DNA of 64,000 nt from a virus. Positions 17,557-26,595 of this stretch are shown one piece after another. Under the pieces are notes generated by a model. The model saw nothing but the letters and a program-made list of their open reading frames with translations, did no database searches and had not been told where the DNA came from. The position numbers were made by a program, and so were the translations under genes. Within the stretch, counting starts at the first letter, position 1; every line of letters begins with the position of its first letter. The stretch covers positions 32,001 through 96,000 of IMG/VR virus record IMGVR_UViG_3300046799_000011; one strand, written 5' to 3'.

Positions 17557-17757
17557 TTAACTGAACTCCTTTACCTCTGCCTTATAGTGCTTGTGCTCCT
17601 GCTTGAAGAACTTATAAAGTTCCTCAGTGAAACTCCAGTCAGCCACATAAAGATCAAGAGTCGTAATAAACTCAATAAGTTCTTCGTGGGTGAGCTGACC
17701 GGACAGTTCCTGAGCGATATCATCTGTATCAAGATTAATAAAAGCACCGAATTCCAT
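17557..17757 (-). CDS. Small acidic hypothetical protein
   Basis: Coupled ORF. Confidence 0.7.
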   Translation of the reverse strand: MEFGAFINLDTDDIAQELSGQLTHEELIEFITTLDLYVADWSFTEELYKFFKQEHKHYKAEVKEFS

Positions 17758-18002
17758 TAGACTCCCTTAAGTTCCATGTAGTACTTATCCAAATGGGCTT
17801 CACATACTAGGTCTACTTCATCCTCGTAATACCAAGCGCCGGATAGCATCTTCTCACCGTCGCGGGCTACGTCAATACACTTGACGATATAGTAGACTAC
17901 TGAGTCATCAGGATCAATCCATGTGGACATGATCTTGATAGTTACAGCATTACGACTGACTTCAAATTCGTTTGTCAGCAACTGATTGATCTGAAACAAC
18001 AA
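17757..18002 (-). CDS. Hypothetical protein
   Basis: Operon packing. Confidence 0.6.
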   Translation of the reverse strand: MLFQINQLLTNEFEVSRNAVTIKIMSTWIDPDDSVVYYIVKCIDVARDGEKMLSGAWYYEDEVDLVCEAHLDKYYMELKGV

Positions 18003-18279
18003 CGGGCACCCACTTAATAGTAGTAACTTCCTTAGGCTCTACCTGAACAGCCTCTACATAGCCACGGGTATCTTCCCAACAGTCCTGACCCTCTTGATTC
18101 TCTGTGGCAGGATCCATGTAGTCAACCGCGTAATGCTTACCATCATCCGCTAGGAATATAAGCTCACGCCAGGTATACCAGCGATGCTTATCCAGTTCCC
18201 GATTGGCGATGGCTTCCCAGGGAAGTTCATACTCCTCTTCCAGCTCTTCAACAGAGAACTTACGAATTACCTTAGCCAA
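17962..18279 (-). CDS. Conserved acidic phage protein (RW...PATENQE motif)
   Basis: HRWYTW...PATENQEGQD...EAVQVEPKEVT pattern. Confidence 0.7.
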   Translation of the reverse strand: MAKVIRKFSVEELEEEYELPWEAIANRELDKHRWYTWRELIFLADDGKHYAVDYMDPATENQEGQDCWEDTRGYVEAVQVEPKEVTTIKWVPVVVSDQSVADKRI

Positions 18280-18451
18280 AATTCTCTACCTCTTCCAATA
18301 CTTGGTCAACAATCCTGAATAACTTTACAATATCTCCGCAATAAGGACTGCTAGCAGTTGCGGTAACACTTCGTCTAGTCTTATGAAATCTCCAGACACC
18401 AGCGCTATCAACGCTAGCGAATTCTGGGAAAGCAATACCATGTGCGACCAT
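18272..18451 (-). CDS. 59-aa hypothetical protein (MVAHGIAFPEFAS...)
   Basis: Hand translation; GAGGAG RBS. Confidence 0.65.
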   Translation of the reverse strand: MVAHGIAFPEFASVDSAGVWRFHKTRRSVTATASSPYCGDIVKLFRIVDQVLEEVENFG

Positions 18452-18472
18452 CTGTTCTCCTCTAATAATCCA

Positions 18473-18504
18473 TAGCCACTCTCCTCGTTAAAGGAGAATG
18501 ACTA
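18473..18504 (-). terminator. 13-bp RNA hairpin with G-U pairs after lipoprotein gene
   Basis: TAGTCATTCTCCT/AGGAGAGTGGCTA pairs fully only on the minus strand. Confidence 0.55.
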
Positions 18505-18511
18505 AAGACAA

Positions 18512-18859
18512 TTAGCGACGCTTACGAGTAGTAGACTTCCAACCCGGAACCGGCACAGCCTTGCGCGGAGTAGTGGTTGTGGGCTTGTACGTCTTGGGCT
18601 TAACCATAGGCTTCGGGGTGGCAACCTTGATGGTGTGCTGAGTGCCGTGAGGCTTGTACTGGTAGGTATGAGTAACGTAGTACTTGTGGGTAACACGAAC
18701 CGTCTTGGGGTGCGTGTAGTAGTGATAGTGGTGCGCGGTGTCATAGTAACCATACTGAACCACGTAGTCATACTGCGGAGTAGCGGGACTAGACCCACAT
18801 GCAACAGCACCAGCAATAATTGCCGTGGCAATACCCGCAGCAGCAAAAACCTTACGCAA
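18512..18859 (-). CDS. Lipoprotein with Tyr/His-rich core and Lys/Thr/Pro tail
   Basis: Signal peptide with lipobox AVA-C; AAGGAG RBS. Confidence 0.75.
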   Translation of the reverse strand: MRKVFAAAGIATAIIAGAVACGSSPATPQYDYVVQYGYYDTAHHYHYYTHPKTVRVTHKYYVTHTYQYKPHGTQHTIKVATPKPMVKPKTYKPTTTTPRKAVPVPGWKSTTRKRR

Positions 18860-18877
18860 CGTACTCTCCTTTGTTGT

Positions 18878-19306
18878 TTAAACCTTGGTCGGGCTGAATG
18901 CCCAGGTTACATTGACATCCTGTAGACTGTCAAGTTCCTCTTGAGTCAGTTCCTCATTGACGAACAAGTCCCACAGTACATCCTGATCCACGTGTTGTAC
19001 AGTCACCAACAGCCTCTCGCGGTCATACTCAGTCAGATTTTCGTAGGCCCATCTGACTACCCGCTCCTCATTGAGAACCTTACTGGTCTTCTTAACTCTT
19101 TGCAAGCTAGCGTACTGCTGACCACTAACCTCAAGAGGCTCCTCAAACGCTAGCACATGAGAGCCACGTGCGTTAGTCTCTGCTGCGCTCAAGTAGGGAG
19201 ACAGCTCATTCTTAATGTCTTCCTGCTGCTGCTTGAGATCCTTGATCTCTTGATTGAGTAATAGATAACGGCCTACCTTGGCCTTGACTACGGGATTATC
19301 ATTCAT
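18878..19306 (-). CDS. Coiled-coil hypothetical protein
   Basis: N-terminal heptads. Confidence 0.7.
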   Translation of the reverse strand: MNDNPVVKAKVGRYLLLNQEIKDLKQQQEDIKNELSPYLSAAETNARGSHVLAFEEPLEVSGQQYASLQRVKKTSKVLNEERVVRWAYENLTEYDRERLLVTVQHVDQDVLWDLFVNEELTQEELDSLQDVNVTWAFSPTKV

Positions 19307-19847
19307 ATCTCACCTTATTAATAACCATACGGGAGTCAGATGTACGAAGCTGCTTAGTAACATAGGTATTTACCGCTTCAACATCATCAAACGAAAGCTT
19401 AGCGCTCGTTATACCACTAGAAATAAGAACTTCCCAGTAGTGGTCGGGGCGTACACGGAATACAATAAGACCTGCACGCCCGTTATTGAAATATGTTCCA
19501 GAAGCCCAACTATCCTGCCCAGTTGTCTTGAACTGGATATTCCTACTAGCCAGAAGCTGACTCACGGTAACTGTGGCTCGTGTCTGTCGCTGAATACTCA
19601 CAGCACAGCCCTCATCAATAAGTTTTGCAACTCGTGACATAGCTGTATCCTTCGAACCTGTAACGAGATCAGGCTTATCCGCTACATCCAAGACATAAGT
19701 GTGACTGGGCTTTACGCGAAACTCTACGCCAGAATTGTAGGTCAAGGTACTATCAGCATCCTGCCATTCCCCATAGGGATCTACATTCCAGGTAGGTATC
19801 TCTGCTTTCTTCTCTCGGTACTGAATTCCTTCTAGAAAGTTAGTCAT
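19299..19847 (-). CDS. Hypothetical protein with internal duplication
   Basis: IQYRE...FRVKPSH versus IQFKT...FRVRPDH. Confidence 0.75.
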   Translation of the reverse strand: MTNFLEGIQYREKKAEIPTWNVDPYGEWQDADSTLTYNSGVEFRVKPSHTYVLDVADKPDLVTGSKDTAMSRVAKLIDEGCAVSIQRQTRATVTVSQLLASRNIQFKTTGQDSWASGTYFNNGRAGLIVFRVRPDHYWEVLISSGITSAKLSFDDVEAVNTYVTKQLRTSDSRMVINKVRYE

Positions 19848-19897
19848 TTAATTCTCCTCATATACTTACTTATAAGTTTACCTGTAGGGTAAGACAA

Positions 19898-20896
19898 TCA
19901 GCGGTACTGAATCATACTATATGCATTCAGTACCGCTGATTGAATATCACTGTTAGTTACGCCCTCAGTTCCCAGGTCTTTTGCTTCTGGGATATGAGAA
20001 TAGTTAATAAACTTTATTCTTCTACCGCTGCGAAGATATCGCTCCCGCAAGGAACGCATTTTATTCAGACCCACAGTGTCATTGTCCAGGGCAAAGATTA
20101 CTATCTCTGCTCTGTCGAATAGAAGATCTAGTTGTTTGTCAGAAATCTGTACGCCGTAGGAAGATACAGCGCCAGAGATCCCAGCAGTATAAAGGCGTAG
20201 ACAGTCCAACGGACTTTCCAGGACGATTGCTGTTGATCCACGTAGAACCTCAATTCCAAATAGTGTGTCACCCTTGGGAACTCTTCCCGGCTTATTACAA
20301 AACCAGCCTTCTCCCTTTTCCTGGTACCCCCATAGCTCTCCTGTATAAGGAGAACGTATGGGGAGTATCCAGTTATTCTTCTTCGGATCCCATAGGACTC
20401 CGTAGTGACTTACAGCTCCCGCAGAAACTCGTCGTCCGTCCAGTGCCGAGTGCGGTGGAGCATCGAAGAGCGCCAGTCGTGCTTCATTCCACGGCTGTAC
20501 CCAGTCGTCTCCTTGGAGACCACCAGTCCGCCCTTCGGGATCCGCCAGAATTCGTCGTAGTCGAGAGACTCCACCGCGACTACGGACCCATTGTTCTGCA
20601 TCTGATCGATCATATCCTTTAACCTCCTGGACTAGGTAAACGAATGAACCCTTGAAACCACAACTGAAACAACTGTGTTGGCCTGTTTCAGTATTAATAC
20701 TCCACTTATCAGGCCGGTTATTGTACTTTCCCCGCCTTTCAAAGTGGCCTGGACACAGAGCCCAAGCTTCCTCATGAACAATGCGGGCTACTTCGATGCC
20801 CAGTTCCTCAAGACAAGCTAGCACATCCCCCGGAATAGGGGTACCTGTACTAGCCCACCCATTAGAAACCGGAGAACGCTGTCCCGTATTCTTCAT
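19898..20896 (-). CDS. DNA primase (zinc finger plus TOPRIM)
   Basis: CPGH...CFSC, VLESPLD, ALDND.VG, KDLG. Confidence 0.92.
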   Translation of the reverse strand: MKNTGQRSPVSNGWASTGTPIPGDVLACLEELGIEVARIVHEEAWALCPGHFERRGKYNNRPDKWSINTETGQHSCFSCGFKGSFVYLVQEVKGYDRSDAEQWVRSRGGVSRLRRILADPEGRTGGLQGDDWVQPWNEARLALFDAPPHSALDGRRVSAGAVSHYGVLWDPKKNNWILPIRSPYTGELWGYQEKGEGWFCNKPGRVPKGDTLFGIEVLRGSTAIVLESPLDCLRLYTAGISGAVSSYGVQISDKQLDLLFDRAEIVIFALDNDTVGLNKMRSLRERYLRSGRRIKFINYSHIPEAKDLGTEGVTNSDIQSAVLNAYSMIQYR

Positions 20897-22133
20897 TCAT
20901 TAGCTCCTGATCAATATCGTCGTCCAGATCGAAGCCTTCCAACTCTACAAACTGTCCTGTATCGTAGTCGAACATTAGCACAATCTCGCATGGAGCACAA
21001 GAACGAGAGAGAAGGATCTTCATCTTCCGCATCTTAGGATCTTCTGTGCGCTCAATACCAATGACGGTATTAGAGTACTGTATGAACGCACGAGAACCCA
21101 TGATGGAGTCGTTGTTCAGAGTCTCACCCTTAGTACGTGCTGGGGTTGACTGTGTCACAGCGACAATACAAATACTACGTCGCATGGCCATGAACTTCAA
21201 GCCGGAGATGATGTTGGTCAGGGCTGCGGGTGATCCCTTGTTCTCACCATTCTCGTCGTCCAGCATATAGGTACCGTCAATAATGACAACATGCGGCTTA
21301 AAGATATCAACCTTCGCACCAATAGCCGTGACTGTCATACAGTCCTCAGAGATCATCATAGGCTCATACTCTTCAGTAGCCTGGATTCCCTCTTGAAGTT
21401 TCTGCCAATTCTCCTGATTAATGTTTCCACTATTCAGGAGGTTGTCATTGAACCCCGCACGATAGGCATCAAGCCTACGCTCCTGCTCTTCAACTGTCTG
21501 TTCGTACGTCAGGTACAGTACTCGGTAACCACTCTCCTGGATAGTCATAGCCATCCGTAGGGCAAGGGTAGACTTACTAGCCTTTGCCAGACCTGTCACT
21601 GTGACAAGCTGACCAGGCTGAAGGCCCTGTGTGGCTCTGTCGATCGTTGGGAAGCCTGTCGGGACACCTACTAGGGTACCGGGGTTGTTCTTGCGTTCTA
21701 GGTACCTTGCAAGCCGTTCTGAGCCGTTCTGAGAGACATCCACGTCACGGCTATTGGGGATTGCAGTGTGCGCCTTGGAAAGAGTGACACCCAGGAAGTT
21801 AATTGCGTCCTCAATACGGTTGTCCTCATACGCATCATTGAACTTATCCAAGTTCTCTGCGAGGACTCCCTTGACATACTGGAGTTCAATTCTCTTCTTA
21901 ATGTCTGCCCAAGGCTCATCTACTGGAACCAGAATTGCGCCAGGACAATCCAGCATAAAGACACGCTTAGTAGGTACAGAACCTATCTCAGAATAATACT
22001 TTCTGATGTACTCAAAAGCCTTGCGATAATCACTGTCATGCAAGAAGTATGAAGGAACATCAGCGACTTCCACCATGTCTTGCTCTTGGATTATCTTTGA
22101 AATAAATAGCTTCTCGACATTGAACGTCGCCAA
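20862..22133 (-). CDS. dnaB: Replicative DnaB-like helicase
   Basis: GVPTGFPTIDRATQGLQPGQL, Walker A variant GLAKASKST, VVIIDG, AVTQ. Confidence 0.92.
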   Translation of the reverse strand: MATFNVEKLFISKIIQEQDMVEVADVPSYFLHDSDYRKAFEYIRKYYSEIGSVPTKRVFMLDCPGAILVPVDEPWADIKKRIELQYVKGVLAENLDKFNDAYEDNRIEDAINFLGVTLSKAHTAIPNSRDVDVSQNGSERLARYLERKNNPGTLVGVPTGFPTIDRATQGLQPGQLVTVTGLAKASKSTLALRMAMTIQESGYRVLYLTYEQTVEEQERRLDAYRAGFNDNLLNSGNINQENWQKLQEGIQATEEYEPMMISEDCMTVTAIGAKVDIFKPHVVIIDGTYMLDDENGENKGSPAALTNIISGLKFMAMRRSICIVAVTQSTPARTKGETLNNDSIMGSRAFIQYSNTVIGIERTEDPKMRKMKILLSRSCAPCEIVLMFDYDTGQFVELEGFDLDDDIDQELMNEEYGTAFSGF

Positions 22134-22141
22134 AACCCCTC

Positions 22142-22594
22142 CTAGGTAATAAGGTTGATCAAGTTGAACTGGTCTGAGGAACAGTACCTACCCTTACTAC
22201 CCCAAGTCAAGTAGCGTTTAGGTTCAGGATCCAACACACTGATGATGGCAGGATCGTAGGTCAAGTCTGCTAGTAGTAGCTCTGTGTCGTAGTAGTGTAC
22301 ATCTCCGAATAGTAGGTTACGGCTGTCCAATTTATCTCTGATAGCTGAAACAAAGGCGGGATCTATAAAGGTAATAACGTCTACTCTGAAACGTTGTCTC
22401 CAATATAGATCCCGAATTCCCTGTGAAGTCTTTATATTCAATTGATAATAGTCTGCTGCCTGTTCCCACTTTTTCCTTTTTCGCGCCAACTGCTCTGCGA
22501 GTCGGTCCTTGGTATTAGGCAGTAGACCAATTAAGTTTTCGAATACTACATAGATTCTTGGGAGAGTTTCAGAACTTAACTCACCCTTCCTCAT
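22142..22594 (-). CDS. Conserved hypothetical protein, possibly a degenerate HAD-like fold
   Basis: RIYVVFENLI beta strand start; position before helicase. Confidence 0.6.
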   Translation of the reverse strand: MRKGELSSETLPRIYVVFENLIGLLPNTKDRLAEQLARKRKKWEQAADYYQLNIKTSQGIRDLYWRQRFRVDVITFIDPAFVSAIRDKLDSRNLLFGDVHYYDTELLLADLTYDPAIISVLDPEPKRYLTWGSKGRYCSSDQFNLINLIT

Positions 22595-22748
22595 TCAGCA
22601 TCTTCTCAATACGATACTGGGCACGGTCAGCGTAGAACTGAATCCACCGGTCATCCAACTCTCCCATATCCAGGGGGTCAGTTGCTACCTTGTTATCCTC
22701 AGGGGTCCAGTCTCCCGGATCCTCTCCACCGTACGTTACATTAGCCAT
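22581..22748 (-). CDS. Small acidic hypothetical protein
   Basis: GAGGAG RBS before ATG at 22748. Confidence 0.6.
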   Translation of the reverse strand: MANVTYGGEDPGDWTPEDNKVATDPLDMGELDDRWIQFYADRAQYRIEKMLNEEG

Positions 22749-23067
22749 GCTGAATCTCCTCGTAAGTTCCATTACAACAACCGTCACAGCCATGGATTCC
22801 CATGCCGTGAGCACCTTGCCTTGAAAAGAAGGCTACACTGTCCGGATCACTATGTCCAATCCCATGAGGGCAGAAACGCTCAGCTAATCCGTACTTGAAT
22901 GAATCTCTGCGAATAGCGATAGGCGCATCCTTTAAGGGATGATCAGAAGGATTATGTATGGCACAGAACTCTCCAGCACATACCGCTGCCTTGTGTACGT
23001 TCCATACTTCGGGAGAATCGTCCGTAAATTTATCATACTTCCATGTTTTGTTTTGTCTTAACTTCAT
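22741..23067 (-). CDS. Cys/His-rich metal-binding protein
   Basis: H...C...CAIHNPSDH...CPHGIGHSDPD...HGCDGCC. Confidence 0.8.
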   Translation of the reverse strand: MKLRQNKTWKYDKFTDDSPEVWNVHKAAVCAGEFCAIHNPSDHPLKDAPIAIRRDSFKYGLAERFCPHGIGHSDPDSVAFFSRQGAHGMGIHGCDGCCNGTYEEIQHG

Positions 23068-23073
23068 ATATTC

Positions 23074-23273
23074 CTACTGGGGATCGGCTTGGACATAAAC
23101 GGTATTACCTCTGGTGCGGTTGACTACCCGATGAGGATTTTTGGTTTCCTTTGCTGCTCTACGTGTACGCTGGGCAGCTCCTAGTTTACCTGCGGTCAGT
23201 TGCATGTCATCATGCCAATTACCATTGACTAATACCTGAAGCCAGTAAACGTCTCCTACTTCATGCTTTGGCA
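23074..23273 (-). CDS. Small basic hypothetical protein (start approximate)
   Basis: MPKHEVGD start coupled to upstream stop. Confidence 0.55.
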
Positions 23274-23519
23274 TTACGTAAAGTCCAATCCACATCCGGG
23301 GCAGACAAGATTCTGCTCGTAGTTAATCCATACACCAAAGGGCTCATCCGCTCTTGGGCATTCGTCTGGCTCATAGGTACCAATACCTAGATGCCGTTCC
23401 CGGTATTCAATATCGTGGGTAAAATGCCCAAGACCAAAGAAAGACCGATGCTCGGGTGGAAGCTCCTTAAGGGTAAGAACCTTACCGTCAAACTCTACTA
23501 GCTCCTCCGGATTGACCAT
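23274..23519 (-). CDS. Small zinc-binding protein
   Basis: H...C...CPGCG. Confidence 0.65.
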   Translation of the reverse strand: MVNPEELVEFDGKVLTLKELPPEHRSFFGLGHFTHDIEYRERHLGIGTYEPDECPRADEPFGVWINYEQNLVCPGCGLDFT

Positions 23520-23755
23520 GGAATTATTCCCTTCAAGTCTAGTTCAATTGTTAGGTTACAGGCATAAGAGTTACAGAAGAAACCGTTGTAATCAATATCT
23601 ATACGGCGCGTCTTACGATTACAGATAAAACAGGGCATTGGCCAATTAAGCGCAGCAGATTTCAGGTAATCAATATCAAATCCAGAAGGATCTAACCAGG
23701 TGTACCCATGTTCATCAGTCCATGGGTACACCACAGTCTCACTCGTAGTCATCAT
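23498..23755 (-). CDS. Small zinc-finger protein
   Basis: GGAGGAG RBS; CFIC...CNSYAC. Confidence 0.65.
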   Translation of the reverse strand: MMTTSETVVYPWTDEHGYTWLDPSGFDIDYLKSAALNWPMPCFICNRKTRRIDIDYNGFFCNSYACNLTIELDLKGIIPWSIRRS

Positions 23756-23885
23756 AGTCTTTCTCCTCCACCTCACAGGCATGGTCATCCATTTCCATGA
23801 ACGTACCATTATCCTGCGGAGCAAAAGCCCATGCCTGATCACACTCACCACAATACCAATGACCATAGAAACTAATCTCATCCAT
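23739..23885 (-). CDS. 48-aa acidic CxxC...HxC micro-protein (MDEISFYGHWYCGECDQAW...)
   Basis: Hand translation; TGATG coupling to PNK stop. Confidence 0.65.
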   Translation of the reverse strand: MDEISFYGHWYCGECDQAWAFAPQDNGTFMEMDDHACEVEEKDYDDYE

Positions 23886-24787
23886 CAGAAGTCTCCCTCG
23901 GCAACCTGTAGTACCTTGATACCCAGCTTGCGCATACGACGGACTACACGGTCACGATCGTCCAACCAGAATTCCACATTGAAGTTGTCCCGAATGTGGG
24001 TGTCAAACAGGAACTGCTTAACATCCGCGTCGTTGTCCTTCAGCATATCAGCCGGACGCATGAACAGGTGGTCGCAAGGAACATTCTTACGAGACAGCCA
24101 GTCCAGAGTCTGAACCCGGTTGTTACTAACATCAGGGCGACCCGACAGAGCAAGCGCAAAGTACCCATCGTAATTGGAGTACTTACTGATGATATCCGCA
24201 ATCTCCATGTGCAATCCATCCGTGTCAAGACGGCTGTAGTCATAAGGACTACGGTGATCATGCCTTGCCACAGTACCATCCAGATCATAGACGATGGCCA
24301 GTGGCTTACTCTGATCTGGAACGTAAAGAGGTGACAGCGTAACATCATTCATGAACTCAGCCGTAAGCCTCCAGGGCTTCTCAAGCTGACGTGCCATATT
24401 CTTGATGACAGTTGAACCAACAGGATTATCCCGCTGGGCATCCCGCTCAATGCATACGTCAACAGGAACATCAGTGAAGTCGGCAATGGAAAAGAGAACA
24501 TCTCCGTCAAAGAGCTTCTTAATCCGGGTAGGGGACTTACTGTTCAAATTGGTATCGTGAACGATAACATCCTTGCCCGCCTTAATCCCACTAACAATAA
24601 CGCCATCCTGAATCTTGGATACTAGATTCTCCTGATCCTTATTCCCGATAGGAAAACATCCGATCATCTTGCGAATGTCATCTCGGGAAACCAAGATGAT
24701 CTGCTCAGGGTCTCGGTTCTGCGTTGCAACTGCCCACGTACTCTTGCCTGATCCCGGGAGTCCCGTTGTCAGAATAATGCTTGGCAT
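23885..24787 (-). CDS. pseT: Polynucleotide 5'-kinase/3'-phosphatase (T4 PseT-like)
   Basis: GLPGSGKST plus SRDDIR kinase domain; HAD DLDGT, LSGR, LDDR. Confidence 0.93.
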   Translation of the reverse strand: MPSIILTTGLPGSGKSTWAVATQNRDPEQIILVSRDDIRKMIGCFPIGNKDQENLVSKIQDGVIVSGIKAGKDVIVHDTNLNSKSPTRIKKLFDGDVLFSIADFTDVPVDVCIERDAQRDNPVGSTVIKNMARQLEKPWRLTAEFMNDVTLSPLYVPDQSKPLAIVYDLDGTVARHDHRSPYDYSRLDTDGLHMEIADIISKYSNYDGYFALALSGRPDVSNNRVQTLDWLSRKNVPCDHLFMRPADMLKDNDADVKQFLFDTHIRDNFNVEFWLDDRDRVVRRMRKLGIKVLQVAEGDF

Positions 24788-24993
24788 TACTTCTCCCATT
24801 CATAAAAGTTCTTGGCGTAGATAGTAGCGAATATTACACAGATCCATATGAAACCGTACTGATGTGTGACGATAGCATAGGGAATCCACAGTACTTGGTA
24901 CAAGAACCCAATAGCCCAGCCGATTCGTTTCTTACCAGCTAGGTAAGCACCTAATGCACCTACTGAGGACAGAAACCAACTGGTCAGTTCCAT
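24787..24993 (-). CDS. PnuC-like small membrane protein (half-transporter size)
   Basis: SWFLS.VG..G.YLAGKK.IGW.IG...Q.LW..YA....QYG; three hydrophobic helices. Confidence 0.65.
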   Translation of the reverse strand: MELTSWFLSSVGALGAYLAGKKRIGWAIGFLYQVLWIPYAIVTHQYGFIWICVIFATIYAKNFYEWEK

Positions 24994-25358
24994 TAGTTAC
25001 CATGTCTTCCGCTATGCCACGGCAGTGCCAGCCGATCATTAATTTTTCGAGGAATAATGTGTAGATGTAGATGAAATACACTCTGTGTAGCTACTCTGCC
25101 TTTAGAGGTAATAAGATTGAAATCCTCTCCTGGTAGCTCCTGCGTAAGTTGTGCTGCCCTAAACATAGTTGAAGCAGAAATAGCAGGTACGTGTGAAAAG
25201 TTTACAGAATGTCTCTTTGGGATAACAATAGTATGCCCAGCAACTACGGGGTCCAGCGGGATGATAGCCAGCGCGTCATCCCATTCTCTAACAATGTCTG
25301 CGGGCTCTATTTTTTCCACAATTTCACAGAATATACAGCCTGCGGTACTCCATCCCAT
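24993..25358 (-). CDS. HIT-family nucleotide hydrolase
   Basis: CIFC, GHTIVIPKRH, QSVFHLHLHIIPR. Confidence 0.93.
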   Translation of the reverse strand: MGWSTAGCIFCEIVEKIEPADIVREWDDALAIIPLDPVVAGHTIVIPKRHSVNFSHVPAISASTMFRAAQLTQELPGEDFNLITSKGRVATQSVFHLHLHIIPRKINDRLALPWHSGRHGN

Positions 25359-25440
25359 ATCTCTCCTTAAGATAAATCCAACAAGGCTGAGGGACTTATT
25401 CACTATGCCTTATATTACCCTCAGCCAAGTTAAACCGATC

Positions 25441-25686
25441 TTACATATTGTCTAGTGCTGAGTAGATCTTTTCCATTGCAGCATCATGACCGCTCTGCCA
25501 ACCGTCATCGTACGTATCCTCGTTACGATTCTCACCGCCATCAGAGTAGGCTGACTCAAAGAACCTGTCAAGGAAGTCATAGAGCGCGTCTTCCAGGTTG
25601 TTGGCATCGTAAGGATTGGAGGGCAGGAGGACACCATGATCCTCAAGAATATTCCGTACCTCTACGCTGGCCTTGTGAGCATCCAT
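25441..25686 (-). CDS. Acidic hypothetical protein
   Basis: Coupled ORF. Confidence 0.7.
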   Translation of the reverse strand: MDAHKASVEVRNILEDHGVLLPSNPYDANNLEDALYDFLDRFFESAYSDGGENRNEDTYDDGWQSGHDAAMEKIYSALDNM

Positions 25687-25923
25687 TAGACTTCCTTCTC
25701 CTCGTTGTACTTGGTCTCTGTCTTGTGAAGCATAGCGTAGACTGCCTCTTCCAGCAACTCGAACTCTGCGTAGCAGTCCGCCATCTCTTCCCAGGCTTCC
25801 TTGAGTTCATCAGGAAGATCATAGTCATCCACATCCCGAATACCGTACTCCAGTACAGCAGAGATGCCACCTTCCCACTCAATCTTTCCGAGTAGGTCAA
25901 AAATATTACGCGATTCTGTCATA
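25686..25923 (-). CDS. Acidic hypothetical protein (start approximate)
   Basis: MTESRNIF start follows upstream stop. Confidence 0.65.
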
Positions 25924-26595
25924 TTAATCCTTAGTCTTTCGGGTATCCTGACCCACAATGACTAGTGGATCAAATGCATCGTAACGAAAACTGTCAAAAG
26001 AGTCACCATAAATAAATGGGATCTGGGACTGACTTATGTTAGTAGTGATAATAGTAGGCTTTCCCGCTTCATACCTTACACGGGTGAATTCATGGAGAGA
26101 ACTCTCCGTAAACCCTGTGGAGGTACGGTGCTCCTGACCTACATCATCAAAGACGGTAAGAGTTGCCCTTTCAGCACGGATAAGAAGTTCCTTAGCCCTG
26201 GTCTTAACGTCTGAATCCTCCTTGGCAAAGGTATCTGTAAGCGCCTTCTTCCAATCGGAGAAGCGAACATAGAATACCTTGTAGTTAGGACTACGGTACT
26301 GAACTTCTGTCAGAACAGCGCACGCAAGAGTGGACTTACGGGTACCATTAGGCCCAATGAGCATGAGGCCCCGCCCAATATTACTACGATCCTCAGGAAA
26401 TATGCCCGATTCAGCCCTCTTGTCTGATACGTAATGATCCTCAAAAGTATTTACAAACTGCATAGCCTTTTCTCGGGCCAACATACCTGAAGTATGAGGA
26501 TTACTATACTCGGCCAGCCGGATTCCCCGGAACTTGACGGGAATATTAGACCTGCTCCATCGGCCGCCATAGAATTCGTCAGACATCTTAACCAT
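25924..26595 (-). CDS. DnaC/IstB-like AAA+ helicase loader
   Basis: SNIPVKF, GLMLIGPNGTRKST, VFDDVGQE, R....KPTIITTN. Confidence 0.85.
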   Translation of the reverse strand: MVKMSDEFYGGRWSRSNIPVKFRGIRLAEYSNPHTSGMLAREKAMQFVNTFEDHYVSDKRAESGIFPEDRSNIGRGLMLIGPNGTRKSTLACAVLTEVQYRSPNYKVFYVRFSDWKKALTDTFAKEDSDVKTRAKELLIRAERATLTVFDDVGQEHRTSTGFTESSLHEFTRVRYEAGKPTIITTNISQSQIPFIYGDSFDSFRYDAFDPLVIVGQDTRKTKD

